Below are positions 53,701-63,330 of a DNA stretch of 64,000 nt, piece after piece. How positions within the stretch are numbered: position 1 is the first letter of the stretch; every line of letters starts with the position of its first letter. The notes below the pieces were generated by a model. The model was not told the origin of the DNA. It saw only the letters and a program-made list of their open reading frames with translations, and searched no databases. Source of the DNA: Iphione sp. A-MEVVRFRX5 (taxonomy: Eukaryota); the NCBI GenBank assembly GCA_976226885.1, contig OZ320316.1, forward strand, positions 62,930,001-62,994,000. The letters are read 5' to 3'. Both the position numbers and the translations under genes were made by a program.

Positions 53701-56700
53701 GGTCAACCCGTCCGCTTACTTCGAGATCAGCGCCGATCAGGGCGTCATAGTCACCAAGGCGCCCCTGGGCCAGGACGCCGTGGACATCCACACGCTGGAA
53801 GTGAAGGCGCAAGACCGGGGCAGCAGACCTCAGACTGCCAGAGGTAGGCGACACGCTCCTCTTTTAATGGGCGCTCCTTATGATGGTCCAACCACGTCAT
53901 ACACACAACCAAGTCGTTCTGGAAATCCTTAGGGTGCATGTATTTAAGCAAATTCTCGAAATGCCTTCTCTGAAACTAAAAATGATCGAGGTAATTCAGA
54001 TGAGATCGAAGAGTGCTCATGTATAGTTGTATATCACTGCAGCAGTATCATTACATCAATCATGTTACGATCACTCGTACCTGTACATGTATGATGCAAT
54101 CAAATAGAATTTCCTGTGGGAACGAGAAGGTCGCTTTACTTTTCTTCTCATACTTATATCTGACTAAGTGATGTCTGCGACCACGTGTATCTTAATATGT
54201 ACAGGTGAATTGTTGGTGCAGACACAATGACACTGAGTTTGCTTGCTCGGTCTTGGTCCAGGTGTTGTTGAGATCAGCGTTGGAAGTGCCCAAGGTTTGA
54301 GCACGCTACGCTTCAGTAAGTCAAGCTATACCGTGCAGCTGGACGAGAATGCGCCCACGGATACGCCGGTGGCCTCGGTCAGCGCGCGCTTCGTCGGCGG
54401 CGGCTCGGGCGACATCACCTACAGCTTTGCCAGTGGCAACGAGGATTTCACCTTCAACATCGATACAAATACAGGTAGCGACGGCCAATCACCTCAACAT
54501 ATCAAGTCATGTACTTAGCTTCCCTCGACGGCTAGTCGGTTGCATGACTAGACACCAGTTTACCCTGTTCGGATCATAATAGTCAGCACTTTGTTTTCTC
54601 ATAGAACATGTGTATATCCAGTTTGGTTCGCACGACACTAAAAGGCACTATTTCAGTGGGAGGGAAATAACACAGAGGCATACATGACTGTGACTTTCTT
54701 CATAACGAGCTGAAACTTATGGGTTTCAGGTTCTATCACCGTTAACGACCCTCGCCGCTTGGACTTTGAGACGACGCCGCGCCTGCGACTCATCGTCGTT
54801 GCCACGTCGGAGGCGGCCTACGGCTACAGCACCGTGTGGGTGGACCTGCGCGACGTGAACGACAACCCGCCGCGCTTCACACAGGAGCGCTACGTCTCCT
54901 CCGTCTTCGAGGGCAACCGTGACGGCACCTACGTCACGCAGGTGTCGGCCGCCGACGCCGACTCGGGCGCCAACGGCCGCGTCACGTACGCCATCATCGG
55001 TGGCAACATCCAGAACGCCTTCGTCATCGAGCCTGCAAACACGGGCATCGTCAAGACCAACTTCATCCTCGACCGCGAGATCCACGCCTCCTACCGGCTG
55101 GAGATCGAAGCTGTCGATGGAGGCGTACCACCGCGGACCAGCCGCTGCACGCTGAAGATCGCTGTGAATGATATCAACGACAATGCACCTTTCTTCCCAT
55201 CCTACCCACCAAGGAGTCTACCTGAAGGTAAGTTACGCTTAGACTGCTATCAGCACTTGTCAGAGCTTATGTTGCAGAGGCTTGAAGAGAACAGGAACAG
55301 AGTGTTTCCTGTTTTCGTAATTCTGAGAAGTTTGTATTCTGTATGTGACGTCTTATACAAGAATGACTAGTGATGAAGAGCAACCATTAAATACATCCTC
55401 CTGATTGCTCTTGTGGATGTGGTTGTCCAAAACGTCCATCTACTACACCACAGTAGCTCCTTGGTGCAGCCATCGCTTTGTTGGGATACGACGGAACTAC
55501 AACTGTGAAAAAAGAGCTAAAAGAGGTTGTATTTCTTCGTGTTTTAGGCCAAGAGTTGGGGACAGAAGTGCTGCAGGTGACAGCCAATGACAAGGACCTG
55601 GACCCAGTGCTCCACTATGGCTTCACCGCCGACGGTAACCCAGGCGGTGCCTTCAGCATCGACCGCTACAGCGGCCGCATCACGCTCGTCCGCCGCCTCG
55701 ACTACGAGCGTCGCTCCCAGTACCTGCTCAGAATTAAGGTGAGCTGCTCAATGAATCATTAGTAATTGAGAATTGTTTTTTTTTTCATGATAAGATCGTA
55801 TTCAAATATAGACGCGGAAATACGGCATACGGTGTGATGTCAAAAGTAACATTTGTGTGGATCAAAAATGTACATTTGTATACGTGTTTTGTTGTACAAC
55901 ACTTTCAGGCCGCTGACGGCACGTATAATGCCACAACCAGTGTGACCATCAACATCATCGACCAGAACGACCACGCACCGGAGTTCTCCCAAGCTGACTA
56001 TCAGGTGGAGCTACCGGAGCTGACGCCGGCCGGCCACCCCGTCCTTACTGTCAACGCCACCGACCGTGACTCCGGCGACAACGCCCGCCTCACCTACACC
56101 ATCTTCACGCAGCACGCCTTCAGCATTGATGCCGCCACTGGTAAATAGAATCCCCCAAAAGACCGCTCTTGAAGGGAGTCCTGTTTTTTTTCGTGAAGAT
56201 GTGCATTTCCCTTTTTCCAGTTGACTAATACCGTCACAAGTAACAGAGATGTTAGTAGTTAATGATGGGTTGTAGTTTGTACGCCAGACTGGAGAAGAGT
56301 TTTTCAAAATGTAAATACATGTAGCTGTCCAGACGTCAGCGTTTGGCAGCAGAGGTATGGCTGGTAGACGTTAAAAATAAACGTACATGGGCAGATGTAT
56401 AAAGTCGAAACTTTACCTGAAAAACTGCTCATGAAAAAGTACATTCTAAACCGACACTGTGTCATTCGTAATTCCAGGTACCATTTACACCAACAAAACC
56501 GTGGTGTTCAACCAAGGAGAGCGCATTATCCAACTGGTGGTTAAGGCCGCCGACCACGGTAACCCGTCACTGTCACAGGCCGTGCCAGTTCGCCTCCAGG
56601 TCATCGACATAAACAACAATGCCCCAGTGTTTGAACGGCAGTCATACAGGTGAGTCCAGCAACCCGTCTCCAGTCTGGACAGTATGCGGTTATATTACAC

Positions 56701-59700
56701 GTAACAGACAGTCATTTTTCGCTCGCGATTGTAATTTCAAATCCAACCACCATCTAAGTACTTTTTATTCCGTTGACATTTTTTTTTTAAATGTGATTCC
56801 AAGTTGTTTATCGGACGATGCTAGAAACAAATGTATCCCTTTTGATTTAGTCTTTTCATTTTTACTCAACCTCATTGACTCTTTTCTTTAAAGTTCAGTT
56901 GTTACAATCTTCGTAACCGACACATCTGATACATGTACATCGTATATGGAAGTTGCTTAAATACATGAATCCAATTGATTTCTTTCTTTCAGGGGCTTTA
57001 GTCGGTGTAAAATTATTTCCCTACTCACAAAGAGTTCGATAACACTGAAATCTTTGTTTTCCTGCTTTCTCTTCAATTCAGTCGTTAGTCACTTAGATGT
57101 ATGAACAGTTAACAGACCTCTGGATCATCATCATGTGTTCTCTTCATTTCTAGTGCCGAGATCCGCGAGGATGCTCCATCTGCCATGACTCTCCTGACAG
57201 TGGCGGCCACTGACGATGACTTTTCGCAGGACAACAGTAAGGTCGACTACAGCATCATCTCAGGCAACGAGCACGGCACGTTCCGGATGACACACATGGG
57301 CCAGCTGGTGCTGCTCGGTCAGCTCGACTACGAGCAATTGACGAGCTATGAGCTGCTCGTCATGGCCAAGGACCGCGGAAAGCCGCCGCTCAATTCCACC
57401 GCCAGGGTGACCATCAACGTGGTGGACGTCAACGACAACGAGCCAGTGTTCGGTCGGCCGAACTACACGGTGCGCGTCAATGAGAGTGTGGAGGTGGGCA
57501 CCGTCGTTGTGCGGGTGTCTGCCACCGACAGCGACACGGGGGATAACGCCCAGATTCGGTATTTTATCACCTCCGGTAATGACGCTGGACTCTTCATCAT
57601 CCAGAGGCAGAGCGGAGTCATCACGCTAGGGGCCAGCCTCAACTATGAAGTGGCCTCTACACACAGGCTGGTGGTACGCGCCGAGGACTCGAGCCTGAAC
57701 TTCGACCGCCGCTCGTCCCTAACCAGCGTGGTGGTCAAGGTTTCAGATGTCAACGAGTTTAACCCCCACTTCCCGGTGATGATGTACCTGGAGTCAGTGC
57801 GTGAAAAGAAGCCCATCAACACCATGGTCTTCACGGCGCACGCGAACGACCAAGATGGCGGCGAGTTTGGCATAGTACGCTACTCTATCCGCGATAGCTA
57901 CAACAGGTTCCGCATTGACCCCAGTACGGGGGTGGTAACTACTACTACAGTCTTTAACTACAGCGCCCCCGGACAGAGAGACAACTACCGCTTCGACGTG
58001 ATCGCCACCGATAAGGCGGGTAAATACGACACGGTACCCGTGTCGGTGAACGTGCTGCCCGAGGTAGAGGCACTGCCACAGTTCACCCACCGCACGTATC
58101 AGTTCACCGTGCCTGGCAATGCCACCGTCGGATATGAGGTAGGCGAAGTGCGAGCTGTAAATCACCACGACAGCCGCGCCGGTCGCATCAACTACTTCTT
58201 CAAGGAAACGAACGAGTACTTCGCCATAGACAAGAGCTCAGGTCTGATTGTGGTAACCAAGGATCTACAGGAACAGAGCGTGGTGGCACGACGCCGGCGA
58301 GCAGTGGAGAGCACTGACCATGTCGGGCGTTCCAAGCGCGCCCTGGAGGAAGACCTGGTGGAGTTGACGGTGGTGGCCAGCTCCAGCCTGCCCTCCCTCC
58401 AGGGCAAAACCGTGGAAGCCAAAGTAGCACTGACCGTAGACCGAACGTGTGCCGGCTGTCAGATGGCGGCCGTCGGTCAAGGCGACGCCAGCGGCACGGT
58501 GCTGGTCATTGTTGTCGTTCTCGTCATCGTCGCTGTCATTGTCGCTGTCGTACTTATCATCATCTATCTGCGCAATCGTGACCGGAAACGTCGACCGCCA
58601 GAGAACGTATACGACAGTTCGTACGACACCTCGGAAGCGTTCCCTCCCACCATCGGCCGCGACATGCCGCCCACCTACAACGAGATCGAGCACTTCCCGT
58701 CGACGCGGCACCACGCACGCCCCGACCACAACATAACAACGTCGGAGATCTCGGAGCAGTCGCACTCGGCTTCAAGCGGGCGCGGGTCGGCGGAAGACGG
58801 CGACGATGTTGACGAGGAAATCCGCATGATCAACGAGACGCCGCTTCAGTCGCAGGCGGTGCGCATGCCGGATTCGGGCATCCAACAGGACGACGACACC
58901 GTGTCGGAGCATTCGGTACACACGCACCAGGAGTATCTGGCGCGGCTGGGGATCGACTCGACCAAGCTCAACACCAAGGCTCCCCCGCCGGGACTGCGTC
59001 ATGGGCCCCTGCCCCATGTCACCGCCGCCCCCCGCAAAGGTGTGCCGACTAGCGGCAGCTCGGTGGAGAGCATGCACCACTTCTCGGATGAGGGCGGTGG
59101 CGAGGGTGTGGGCCTCGACCTGCCCAGTCTTGTCTACTCCAAGCTGACGGAAGTGGCCAGCGAGGAGAACATGGCCATTATGGACGGCACACGGCGCTTC
59201 CGGCACGCTGAGACGGCTACCGAGCCGTCGCACGCCGGTTCACTCTCCAGTGTCATCAACAGTGAGGAGGAGTTTAGTGGCTCCTATAACTGGGACTACT
59301 TGCTGGACTGGGGCCCGCAGTACCAACCCTTAGCGCACGTCTTCGCCGAGATAGCGCGCCTCAAAGATGACAGTATTAAACCTAAAAAGCAGCCGACGCA
59401 CATAGTGCCACAGCGCCCCAATATCACGGCCCTCAACTCCCAAGCGGCCGGTAAGACGGGCGGACCTCCGCCCTTGTTGACTAACGCGCCACCTATGGCG
59501 GTCCCAGTCCAGCCGACATCGAGCGGGTCCTCGTCGTCGGCGGCATCGTCGGCGGTAACCGGAAGCAGCTCAGCAGGCGGCGTGCACTCATCACGCACCA
59601 GTCAGATGACCTCGCTGCCCAGCCTGCCGCGCTCGCCTATTAGCCATGAGTCCAGCTACACGTCGCCGGCGCTGTCACCGTCATTCACGCCCAGCTTGTC

Positions 59701-59854
59701 GCCGCTGGCCACGCGCAGCCCGTCCATCAGCCCACTCGTCACGCCACAGGCACGCACCGGTTCGGCGCACAACACGCCGCAACGGCAGCGGCCCACACAT
59801 ATCACACTCGCCAGCACCGGCTCCTCCGAGTCGGAGCAAGAGATCCGTATCTAA
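41579..59854 (+). CDS. ds: Dachsous-family giant protocadherin, 5'-incomplete; join(41579..41765,43993..44223,47718..47954,48449..48624,48943..51055,51202..51441,51763..51897,52159..52368,52857..53226,53449..53843,54262..54474,54730..55227,55548..55738,55909..56140,56478..56649,57154..59854)
   Basis: 16 exons with GT-AG ends and matching phases give one open frame of 2766 aa. It has about 22 cadherin repeats (DxNDNxPxF, LDYE/LDRE, A-x-D-x-D) and a TM helix at 58499-58570. The tail carries the Ds-type motifs SGRGS..DEEIRMINE and GSYNWDYLLDWGPQYQPLAHVFAEIARLKD. There are no EGF/LamG domains, which argues against Fat or CELSR. Confidence 0.95.
43993..44223 (+). CDS. ds: ds exon 2 (DDLEATTIVKVTLRDVNDNRPRF...IDSTT)
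   Basis: cccctccAG acceptor, G|gtacgt donor; phases 1/1 fit both neighbours. Confidence 0.92.
44416..47662 (+). mobile_element. Non-LTR retrotransposon (CR1/L2 group), single ORF, intact, in ds intron 2
   Basis: 11-bp TSD AATACATTATA at 44405-44415 and 47663-47673. AATAAA at 47642-47647, A-run at 47653-47664, and a 3' hairpin at 47619-47638. Clade assignment is less certain than the LINE call. Confidence 0.93.
44508..47333 (+). CDS. LINE ORF2: APE endonuclease + reverse transcriptase, 941 aa
   Basis: APE motifs LLNCRS, LTETWL, GIYRPP, GDYN, LDLV, SDH. RT motifs YRPISIL, QYGY, DFSKAFD, GVPQGSILGP, YADDT, KYLG. No stops or frameshifts. Confidence 0.96.
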   Translation: MNSLKSNQLTFLLLNCRSVRNKLLEIENNFKKFQTTVAILTETWLDESILDAMIFIEGYQLVRLDRKLKRGGGIAIYCKTDSVKMEVLDNFTELTPNLEIITTVLDAGMNQKLILCGIYRPPNGNVTRALEKLDEIIENAFLISENIILVGDYNIDQLDRKCRDTLELQHLLSNNNLTQHVRKPTRRGRYKNSCLDLVISSSHLNGNTLIEESHISDHEIVIFKLKCPQKTNNVASFTFRKWTEETISTVYREIDMVDWSQVNHNRDPNYQWSYTKQKLWYIVESHVPYKTLSDKTQKQCYLSNRTRQLVSNRNTISKAIKMYNKPGLHKIIKDMNVNIRKSMTEDKRTYYRNIFEKYKGEPKKYWATIGKLVTPTKKDSTFTNLQQNEKELDDHETSEAFNDFFIEVGQAEHNIHGKWITYGIMHGETAFEIKLAKVSDIIQLLKKQKDTKPSGYKEIPNKILKKILIHTAATFTEIINSSLKNQIFPNDWKHATITPIFKNKGSRRDCVNYRPISILPMPAKIIEQLVHKQVFEYITKNNLLSERQYGYKPGSSTILAIADLMDYIYRALNKNMIVGALFVDFSKAFDCIQHTIILKKLNLMGFSNFLNWFQSYLTNRTSCTKFKNVISSKKYVKSGVPQGSILGPLIFSLFVNNSIDIYKHSRSYMYADDTAILCEGTDPFEISAKLKEDFETLSNWCLENGLKINFKKTQIMLFTSKNHKYRNAKINITSNNIKLEQVTHFKYLGFILDKHLSLQYEMNNKLRKSYPLINLLRHIRSTAGEEIALQVYKSYFTPLLEYGLGLIINTTSTTFKKLYKQQCKALRIVLRKFSITEQELFLKTGTWPLHVRRDYYLELMFHSKLQKEYNEAEQVSLLLRKINIKLPRPRLSSLKLNPKYKSIEIWNKLPTYLKTLDNKTFKNSLKVYLYNRVEANNWKVS
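47718..47954 (+). CDS. ds: ds exon 3 (GDVELAAPL...VRATNANP)
   Basis: actaaAG acceptor, G|gtgagt donor, cadherin motifs. Confidence 0.9.
48449..48624 (+). CDS. ds: ds exon 4 (DAGAITYSLVSG...SYGSAQ)
   Basis: cccaccAG acceptor, CAG|gtaagg donor. Confidence 0.93.
48943..51055 (+). CDS. ds: ds exon 5, 2113 nt, about 6.5 cadherin repeats
   Basis: Long GC-rich ORF with repeated DVNDNxPxF linkers; actcacAG acceptor, G|gtaagt donor. Confidence 0.97.
51202..51441 (+). CDS. ds: ds exon 6
   Basis: GLLSIARSLDRE...ATDPDT; cccAG acceptor, G|gtaggg donor. Confidence 0.93.
51763..51897 (+). CDS. ds: ds exon 7
   Basis: GKNAQLKY...LDRETRSDWVIT; ctcccctcAG acceptor, G|gtgagg donor. Confidence 0.93.
52159..52368 (+). 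CDS. ds: ds exon 8
   Basis: AYVKDSAFPALYDTTTVLVTVTDVNDNAP...YSIV; ttttctttttAG acceptor; weaker donor G|gttcgt, but the phase fits. Confidence 0.88.
52857..53226 (+). CDS. ds: ds exon 9
   Basis: DGNEDRRFEL...GVIITA; phase-2 donor GG|gtaagt. Confidence 0.93.
53449..53843 (+). CDS. ds: ds exon 10
   Basis: EFDREKKD...GSRPQTAR; tcttatAG acceptor (phase 2), G|gtaggc donor. Confidence 0.92.
54262..54474 (+). CDS. ds: ds exon 11
   Basis: GVVEISVG...FNIDTNT; tccAG acceptor, G|gtagcg donor. Confidence 0.9.
54730..55227 (+). CDS. ds: ds exon 12
   Basis: GSITVNDPRRLDFE...SLPE; tttcAG acceptor, G|gtaagt donor. Confidence 0.94.
55548..55738 (+). CDS. ds: ds exon 13
   Basis: GQELGTEVLQV...YLLRIK; gttttAG acceptor, AAG|gtgagc donor. 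Confidence 0.93.
55909..56140 (+). CDS. ds: ds exon 14
   Basis: AADGTYNATT...FSIDAAT; ctttcAG acceptor, G|gtaaat donor. Confidence 0.93.
56478..56649 (+). CDS. ds: ds exon 15
   Basis: GTIYTNK...FERQSY; attccAG acceptor, phase-2 donor AG|gtgagt. Confidence 0.93.
57154..59854 (+). CDS. ds: ds terminal coding exon: last cadherin repeats, TM and entire cytoplasmic domain, ending EQEIRI*
   Basis: tcttcatttctAG acceptor (phase 2); 899 further codons to TAA at 59852-59854; Ds cytoplasmic motifs. Confidence 0.96.
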
Positions 59855-62290
59855 ATGTGTGTGTGTGTCGGGGTGGGAGGGGAGGGGAGCCTGGGACTGT
59901 CAGCCACAGTGGCGGCTGTGGATGGCGAATAATCACCATCACCAGTAGTTTTTAGATTGCATTATGGTGATGTGTCATGTTACATATTCTGTAACGACTA
60001 TCTTTAGAATTGTTCCATTGTGATATGCGTCTGATAGTGTGAATGTATCGGGATGTGAAAAATAGAATAAAAATCAGTCTACTTCACTGAGCAATACGTT
60101 TGTGACCACAGTAGGAGTGGTCGCACTTTGTGTTCATTTGAATCCTATCCACTTAACCATAACAAATGCAAGAAGAGCAATATATATATACGGTGGTCAA
60201 GGATACCACAGGCCGTCCATCAGTACATATCAGATCGCCTTGTGTCACGGCTAGTGTTTAAGTTGTACACATTTTACATCTAGATAAAGAAATGATATTT
60301 TTTTACACGTTCACATGTAAGGCTCGTTTTATTTCACTCATGTGTCATTGGCTCACCCAAGCAACATACTGTAGATAGTCATCAAGTATACATCTGTATT
60401 CATCACAAGCTTTTGTATATTGATAAAGTCATGCTGTCAACTTTTAACAATGTTCTTATTTTATTCACAAATGTATCACAAGTGATTGCGAATTCTACCA
60501 AAAAGAAAACAAGTCCACCCAAAGGTTAATTGTGTTGTGGAGATGCATTGAACAGTGAATCATGAGTAATATTTAATCATTAAGAAAAAGCATTAAGACC
60601 AATCTTTGTTGATCACAAATGGTCTTCAAATGGAGCAGTTGCCTGCCAAATGTTTTTATTCACCTACACTTGAATATTTTAAAAACGAACTGTATAGATA
60701 TATATATATATATCTATTTTTAGTATCCATTTTTATCTGGACAGTGTATAGTAATAGGGAAATGTCTTAATCAAATTCTGTACTTCAGCTCCTTGGAAGG
60801 CAATTTTGTACAGGCTTCGCATAGAATATTTTTCGTGAGGAATCTTACAGGACGCCTTATCAGAGAAGCCCTATCTTCCCAATAGCAAGTTATTTGGTTT
60901 ATATATATTCTCTGCACATACCATCACTCAAGTCGCGAAGCACCATAGAACATTAATTAACTTTGTGGTGAGATTTTTTTCATAATTCTGGAACATATCT
61001 TTGTATATACTATATATTCGTCCATCCACAAGGTTTCATTGACATATGCTTTTCTTTATTACTCTTAAACGTCTGTCAGTAAACGTTATGTTATTTTCTA
61101 CTTTAGTAGAAGATGTAATTCGTTAAAAAAAAATGGAATCAGTCGATTTGTATGGCGCTGCGCATGTCCACTTGTTTGCTTCTTTGTTTAACAAATCTAT
61201 TTATTACCACAGTGTTGTACATACTATTTCTGTGTTTTTTTCCTCTGACAAGGCTGATTCATATAACCTCAAATTTTATGGGGAAGAAATGTCCCTTTGA
61301 TAGGTTCCTCGAAGTTTAGCTTGCCTGCAAGCATTAATCATTTCCTTCGGCGACAAAATGCTTTCTCAAGCTAGTCGCCTGAACGTCTCTCTATAGCGAC
61401 CCAGTTTCATTATCCACATGCGGAGTTTGCTCCCAAAATAATACCGTTTCCGCTTACTTGACTTGGCCTCGTCTGTTGGCTAAATACAAGATGTGATGGA
61501 CAAATGTGCAGTACATAAAGTACAGGTGAATGTATTAACGTCCACAGACCAAGGCCTTAAAGAGACCAATATACAGGGTGAAAATAAGCCAGAACTGGTC
61601 AGAAATGACAGTGTGCGAGGTCATTTTGAAGGTTAGTAAGTGAATGGATAGGAAAGGGATGATAAGTAAATTTGGATATGAGATGGACAGAGCCAGGAAC
61701 GATAGGAAACGGTAAGATTGGATGCATAACTGCACGTCGTTTGTAATGTTAGATTTTGTCATTTGAAAGTTTACTATCTGCCGAATACATGTATACAAAA
61801 TACCGAGATGCTTAGACCGGAGGAGGTTGTTCTTAATAAAAAAAAACACTTAACCGTCTATGAATGATATCGTTTTCTTTGTAAAAGCATTGTTGAAGGA
61901 AATATTCGGTGTAGCTGGGTATGCAGATAAGGTTGCGTAGAAGTGATTTGACAAGAGAAGCATGATGGATGTGTTGTTGCAGTGTATTGCTATTCAGACA
62001 TAAGGAACGTATTTTTCTCCGATGAACGTTATTATATACCTCCAGTTTTATACTTTCGGTCGAGCATGTTCAAGAAGCATGAGTTGTGCATACTTAGCAA
62101 ACGCCCACTGGAAACTGAGTGTCACCGATGCAAACCTGTGTATAGGCGAGAGATAGATTCATGACTGCGTTAAATGGCAGCCATGTTTTTTTTTTTATTC
62201 TACGGCATGTAAATAGTTGTTTCATAGTGGAGAGAGCCTGGAGCAGCTGCAGACTGATCCTTACAGGTATCAAAACTGACATGAAATAAA
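59855..62290 (+). other. ds: Probable ds 3' UTR with alternative poly(A) signals
   Basis: AT-rich sequence after the stop; AATAAA at 60066, 61835 and 62285. The true end cannot be determined from DNA alone. Confidence 0.5.
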
Positions 62291-62910
62291 GAGAACTATG
62301 CAAACTATGTATTTACTTGTTTTTTCCTGTCAATATTGGATACGCATTTTTACGAGAAATCTTCTAACTGCAGATGTGCATAAGTACAGAAGCTTTCACG
62401 GTAGACGTTTTTCAGAATGAAATATCTGTCAGAGGTATGGCTTCTTTTTGGTTTCTAATAGACTGGGGAGCAAACTTTGCTATCAATCGACTCCTTTTTT
62501 CTAATCGATAAGGATGCTACCACTGTGTAAAAGCCTCAATATCCCCTACCAGTGCCAGTCCGAATGGCCGGTGTAACTTATGGCCAGGGTGGTTGGTCAA
62601 TATGCCCGGCAGTGGTTAGGGTAAGGGTTAGAGTTAGCCATATTTACAGAAAAATACCAGCCATAAATGACCATGGATGGCCATACAGATCGTCGGCGAT
62701 CAAGACGGGCGGCCATTGCAACCATCAAGCTCCCCTACTATCTCCATGGTGATTTCTGCATAATGGGCTTGAAATCTAATCATTCTGATGTGAAGATATG
62801 AGGTTGATTTATATACAACATACAGTGAAACCCCTCTACAGCGAACATCAGTGGGACTGTACTCAAACCGTCCGTTGTCGGCGGTGTGTCTGCTGTGCCC
62901 GAGCTACCCC

Positions 62911-62914
<4 letters not shown>

Positions 62915-62992
<78 letters not shown>
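62915..62992. repeat. (CT)n microsatellite, about 39 units
   Basis: Directly visible. Confidence 0.97.
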
Positions 62993-62996
<4 letters not shown>

Positions 62997-63032
62997 CTCT
63001 CTCAATATGGTTCAATAATTATAGATCTCCCG

Positions 63033-63330
63033 GTGTGGAGAGTCATCAAAGGAGGGTCGGTCCAGGGTGTCGGGATGGGGTCGCACCTCTCCTGGGTGTG
63101 GAGAGTCATCAAAGGAGGGTCGGGAGCGGTTCCTCCAGGGTGTCAGGACGAGGTTGTGCCTATCCAGGTGTGGAGAGTCATCAAAGGAGGACCGAGAGGG
63201 GTTCCTCCAGGGTGTCAGGACGAAGTTGTGCCTCTGCTGTGTGTGGAGAGTCATCAAAGGACGGAAGGCGGGCAGCAGTAGAGGGAAGGTACCCTTCAAA
63301 GGGAGTGGACGAGAGGCCTTCTCCAGGGTG
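63033..63330. repeat. Minisatellite, four 63-73 bp units with an invariant 21-nt core GTGTGGAGAGTCATCAAAGGA
   Basis: Cores start at 63033, 63096, 63168 and 63241; the spacers are homologous (shared CTCCAGGGTGT-like motif). Confidence 0.92.

Noticed and set aside
56970-57110. Extra acceptor tttctttctttcAG in intron 15
   Set aside because: The reading frame hits a stop with no cadherin motifs, and exons 15 and 16 already join in phase.
49228-59948. Many minus-strand and alternate-frame ORFs overlapping ds exons
   Set aside because: Shadow ORFs produced by GC-rich codon usage; no recognisable domains.
62614-62637. Telomere-like GGTTAGGGTAAGGGTTAGAGTTAG
   Set aside because: Only four degenerate units and interstitial; more likely part of a small non-autonomous element whose ends I could not define.
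63033-63261. CRISPR-like look of the invariant 21-nt repeat with spacers
   Set aside because: The spacers are homologous to each other, the context is an animal genome and there are no cas genes; it is a minisatellite.
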